Origin: an uncultured virus (IMG/VR IMGVR_UViG_3300004481_000138)
Taxonomy: Duplodnaviria > Heunggongvirae > Uroviricota > Caudoviricetes
Virus record (IMG/VR): IMGVR_UViG_3300004481_000138
Reading direction: 5' to 3' (one strand)
Length of the DNA: 64,000 bases
The notes beneath the pieces were generated by a model. That model did not search any database, was not told the origin of the DNA, and saw only the letters and a list, made by a program, of their open reading frames with translations. Every line of letters starts with the position of its first letter. Position 1 is the first letter of the stretch. Positions 60,529 through 64,000 of the stretch are shown piece after piece. The position numbers were made by a program, and so were the translations under genes.

Positions 60529-61632
60529 TCAGCTCTCACACAATAATTGGTATTCTCCTGGTTCAAAACCAAAAGTCCATCCGATAGCATCGAGACAGTT
60601 CCCCGTCTCTCTAATACGTGGAACTCCAATAAATGTTTTATGATGTGTAGAATGGCATTCTACTTGTATGACACGTAGACGGATATTTGGTGCAAAATCA
60701 TATTCAAATAATTCATAATTTACTGTTCTTCCAGTAATCTTGCTCGTAGTGGTATGTCTGTCAATAAGTTTAAAATGAGACAAGGCAGACTTGATATACT
60801 CGTACCCATACTCCTCAATCAGTACCGCCTTCTGTTCTGTATTTGGCACTTGTAAAATTTCTTCTCGAAGAAGTGTCTTTGTTTTAAATGCCTTAACAAA
60901 CAAGTCTTCCTCAAATCTTACTCCTCTAACATAATACTTTCCAATACCACCATCCCAATATAATGCATAATCGTTCTTGCAGTCCAACTGTTTTGCCTCG
61001 TTTACACGGACGAATGTTGGAGGCTTGCTTATAAAACATATATTTTCAAGGCATGATATACTGTTAATACCGGCCTCTCTCAGTTCAGGAAAATAAAAAA
61101 CGTTAATATAATGATTAGCAAATACTCTTGTTGTATGTAATAGTGTATCAGTTATCTCTTCTTTAATCACATTTAAATATTCAGGAAGTGTATCATATAC
61201 ATATACAACTGCTTCTTTGCTGTCTCTGTAGACTGCTCCGTTTATGTCCTCACCAAACTCTAATGGTATAATATTTAAATTCATTATTTGTTGTTTGACT
61301 TGTGAGTATACCATATCACAAGTATTATTCCATATCTCATTATTTGTTACTCTAAATCCTGGAAACTTTTTTATCTTCTCCTTTAAATGCACCCAGTTTT
61401 CATCCTTAAACTTCTTCCAACATACTTGTCCGTCAATCTGCCTCAACATTTCCTTCACAAACTTAAAAGCATAATCAAGATAGTATGGCGAATTTAGTAT
61501 GATGACGAATGCTGGCGGTTTAAACTTTGACTGGCCATACATTTTATTTATGGACTGTATTGCTTTAGTATCATTAAAGTCACTATGTAGATAAAAGTTT
61601 TCAAGGCTTTGAATATACTCTTCTTTTGACAT
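60529..61632 (-). CDS. DUF6745-like protein
   Basis: NSPY; C-terminal YYVRGVRF..I...NTEQK..IE..GY..V.CHST....VP...CLDAIGWTF. Confidence 0.6.
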   Translation of the reverse strand: MSKEEYIQSLENFYLHSDFNDTKAIQSINKMYGQSKFKPPAFVIILNSPYYLDYAFKFVKEMLRQIDGQVCWKKFKDENWVHLKEKIKKFPGFRVTNNEIWNNTCDMVYSQVKQQIMNLNIIPLEFGEDINGAVYRDSKEAVVYVYDTLPEYLNVIKEEITDTLLHTTRVFANHYINVFYFPELREAGINSISCLENICFISKPPTFVRVNEAKQLDCKNDYALYWDGGIGKYYVRGVRFEEDLFVKAFKTKTLLREEILQVPNTEQKAVLIEEYGYEYIKSALSHFKLIDRHTTTSKITGRTVNYELFEYDFAPNIRLRVIQVECHSTHHKTFIGVPRIRETGNCLDAIGWTFGFEPGEYQLLCES

Positions 61633-61634
61633 TC

Positions 61635-61943
61635 TTAGTCTCTAACTTGTTCAATACCTTGCTGTATAGTATACTGCCTTTGTAAAACTACTTGATAGAT
61701 ACCTTGTGGAACTGATAACTGTCCGTGCTCGTCATGTATTAGTTGTGCTTGTCCTTCTCCAACTTCAACTAAAACTTGTTTATTATGATTAAAGAATTTT
61801 GTATCACCCTTCAGTATATGCTTATGTCCTGTTACCTCACCATATGCTAATATTTTTTCTCCCTCGCATTCTATCACTCCACTTATTTTACTGATAGGTT
61901 TCAACAATACGTCTCCCTGTCTTATGCTCCTCATGTATACCAC
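61635..61943 (-). CDS. His-rich partner protein typically adjacent to DUF6745 genes
   Basis: RQGDV, LAYGEVTGHKH, HDEH, QRQY. Confidence 0.65.
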   Translation of the reverse strand: MVYMRSIRQGDVLLKPISKISGVIECEGEKILAYGEVTGHKHILKGDTKFFNHNKQVLVEVGEGQAQLIHDEHGQLSVPQGIYQVVLQRQYTIQQGIEQVRD

Positions 61944-61994
61944 CTCATATTGTTCATATTATTTAATTAATACTACTATATAAACGTATTGATT

Positions 61995-62321
61995 TTATTT
62001 TAGTAATCCTATCTTCTTCATCTTTCCAATTCTTGAGCTTATTGCCTTTCTGTTATGTCCAGGAATTTCCTTTTCTAATAATTTATATTCTCTCTTGGTC
62101 AGCCTTATCATGTTCTTTCTATGCTCCCAGACATCTTTTATAATGCCATTTTCTCTTTTAGTGAAACGTTTGTAAAATGCTTGTTTCTTATGTTTCACTG
62201 TTTTTGGTTCTGTTAAAAGATTTGGTGTTTCTTTCCTTCCTAGGAATCCTTTCTCTTTCAGTTCCATTAACTCTTCTGTTGTGCATTCAACAACAATTCC
62301 GTCATTTAATTCTACTTTCAT
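61995..62321 (-). CDS. Possible Myb/HTH-like DNA-binding protein
   Basis: FTKREN.II..IPGHNRKAISSR. Confidence 0.35.
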   Translation of the reverse strand: MKVELNDGIVVECTTEELMELKEKGFLGRKETPNLLTEPKTVKHKKQAFYKRFTKRENGIIKDVWEHRKNMIRLTKREYKLLEKEIPGHNRKAISSRIGKMKKIGLLK

Positions 62322-62527
62322 TGTTTACCACCCGTTCATGTTTTTTTATATTAGTTTGAATTTCAAAGATTTCTTCGAGGTACCAGTCTTCGTGGCACTC
62401 AACTATATCAGCCATCAATGTTTGCGCTGATGCATGTTTTATTTCATCGTTCTCGCCCTGCACTGGCGGGCTTTCTATAATTAGAGTAATTCCTTCCTGC
62501 TCGTGCATACGAAAAACATATTCTTCG

Positions 62528-62941
62528 TTATTCATTATTCCATCCTTCTAACTGTTTTGTCAAAACCTCTATCAAATAGTTTGTGTAACTCTTATGTTGT
62601 GTATCATGATTCCAAAACTTTAAGTGTGCTATTTCGTGTGCTGCTATCTCTATAGCACGTTCTTTGTTTACGTCATGCCATCCTAAGCACTTATATTTGT
62701 TGCCATTCTTATCCCTAAATCTTCCGTTTGTATGTAAAACAAACACTGGCTTTCTGACTGTTATTATAAGCTTGAATTTGTCATGCAGGCTGATACATTT
62801 ACCGCCTGAACGATGCCCACCGCGTGTTGGCTGTCTTATCAGTATACGCAAAGGCATTGGCAAACTCTCATCTTTTATAACCTTATACATAATGTTTATG
62901 AGTGTTTGGCGTGTTTCTAAATCCATTCTTTTTTTCACCAT
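62528..62941 (-). CDS. Zincin-like metalloprotease domain protein
   Basis: AHEIAHLKFWNH. Confidence 0.55.
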   Translation of the reverse strand: MVKKRMDLETRQTLINIMYKVIKDESLPMPLRILIRQPTRGGHRSGGKCISLHDKFKLIITVRKPVFVLHTNGRFRDKNGNKYKCLGWHDVNKERAIEIAAHEIAHLKFWNHDTQHKSYTNYLIEVLTKQLEGWNNE

Positions 62942-62995
62942 ATGGTTTATAATGTTTATCGTCTTTATTATAGTAATTTTTACTACTTTAAAAAG

Positions 62996-63655
62996 TTACT
63001 GTTTTACACTTTCAGTATATGGAACACTATCCTCAACCCATTCATATCTTGTCTTATGTTGTTTGATATTAGGTATGGCCTGTAATATCTTACGTTTGTA
63101 GTTTCTCAAGCTAACACTGGTGATTCCAATAATTCTACAATATTCTTCCTCGGTCACCCTATAATCCTCAATCCTGTCAGCAAGATATGATATAGCTGCG
63201 GCAAGTGATGGTGAATTATCACCAACAACAACATCATGTTTCTTCAAATAATCCAATAAAAAATATGCTCTTGCATAGGATTCTGGCGGCGAATGAACCA
63301 CAGCTTGCACCATATCTATATATTTATCAACAGTTGTTGGCTGGAAATACCTGCCTATAACTTGTGAGATATGTCTTGATGTATTATAGATTATTGAACT
63401 GCCCTTGGCACCTTTTGTATCTAAATCAAGTATATCGTTCATTCTTGTTGGTGTCATAGGTTGATTCCATCTCCTGCATGCCAAATATATTATTGCAGAT
63501 GCATACCGTTCAATGGTTCTGCCACGCAGTTTCTCTTTAGATATATATCTATCAAGTATTTGTATTGCTTCATTCTCTATCTTTCTATCAAGTTTTAATG
63601 CTGAGCAATCTATACCTATCTCTCTCACTATATTATCATAGCTGTTAGTCCTCAT
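62996..63655 (-). CDS. tfb: Transcription factor B (cyclin-repeat core only)
   Basis: LRGRTIERYASAIIYLACRR; second repeat G..P.SLAAAISYLA..T..E....GITSVSLRN; no N-terminal Zn ribbon. Confidence 0.85.
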   Translation of the reverse strand: MRTNSYDNIVREIGIDCSALKLDRKIENEAIQILDRYISKEKLRGRTIERYASAIIYLACRRWNQPMTPTRMNDILDLDTKGAKGSSIIYNTSRHISQVIGRYFQPTTVDKYIDMVQAVVHSPPESYARAYFLLDYLKKHDVVVGDNSPSLAAAISYLADRIEDYRVTEEEYCRIIGITSVSLRNYKRKILQAIPNIKQHKTRYEWVEDSVPYTESVKQ

Positions 63656-64000
63656 TTCCTTATCCTCTTCAAAAAACAGTCAAAACATTCTTTCTCTGTT
63701 GTTAAATTATCCTCATCTTCAGCCCATTGAAGATATGTAGCCATACTTAGAACATCTGAATTCATGAGTATGATACCTTTGGACGTATGTCCACACTTAT
63801 ACTTAATCATTCTTCACCTTCTGCTTGTGTATTACCATATGTTTACTGGTATAAATCCTTATGGTATAATATGTTTCCAACCAATTATATAGGTTGAACA
63901 AGAATATTATTATGGAAAATATTATGTTAAAATAATCTTTTTGTATGAACGTAACATAGATGTTGATGAACATACCAAATGTTAAAATCATGAACACGTT

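Overview
AT-rich window that reads as most of the genome of a large archaeal virus or provirus. Archaeal signals are TATA/BRE-like promoters, GGTGA Shine-Dalgarno motifs, tRNAs with bulge-helix-bulge (BHB) introns, a C1-G72 short-arm tRNA-Tyr, a divergent MCM helicase and a TFB. I see no terminase, portal or HK97 capsid. Instead there are two small two-helix hydrophobic proteins resembling SSV1/His1-type major capsid proteins (MCPs), a P-loop ATPase and very large N-glycosylation-rich surface proteins, which suggests a spindle-shaped virion (inference). Layout: MCM block on the minus strand (1-3500); iteron/inverted-repeat origin candidate (~3670-3870); a plus-strand arm (4.3-51 kb) with helicase, ATPase, structural genes, tyrosine integrase, an array of small basic proteins and queE; a minus-strand arm (51-64 kb) with a TerD-like protein, 24 tRNA genes in two blocks, a DUF6745-like pair and TFB. 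A DPANN host is plausible (tRNA-Ile(UAU), adhesin style) but unproven. The most striking items are a circularly permuted capsid module fused to an adhesin, a circularly permuted tRNA-like RNA, a tRNA-shaped RNA displaying anti-Shine-Dalgarno loops, A34/C33 tRNAs, tandem covarying hairpins ahead of the TerD-like gene, and six small proteins sharing an N-terminal tag. All family assignments come from manual motif reading, not database searches.
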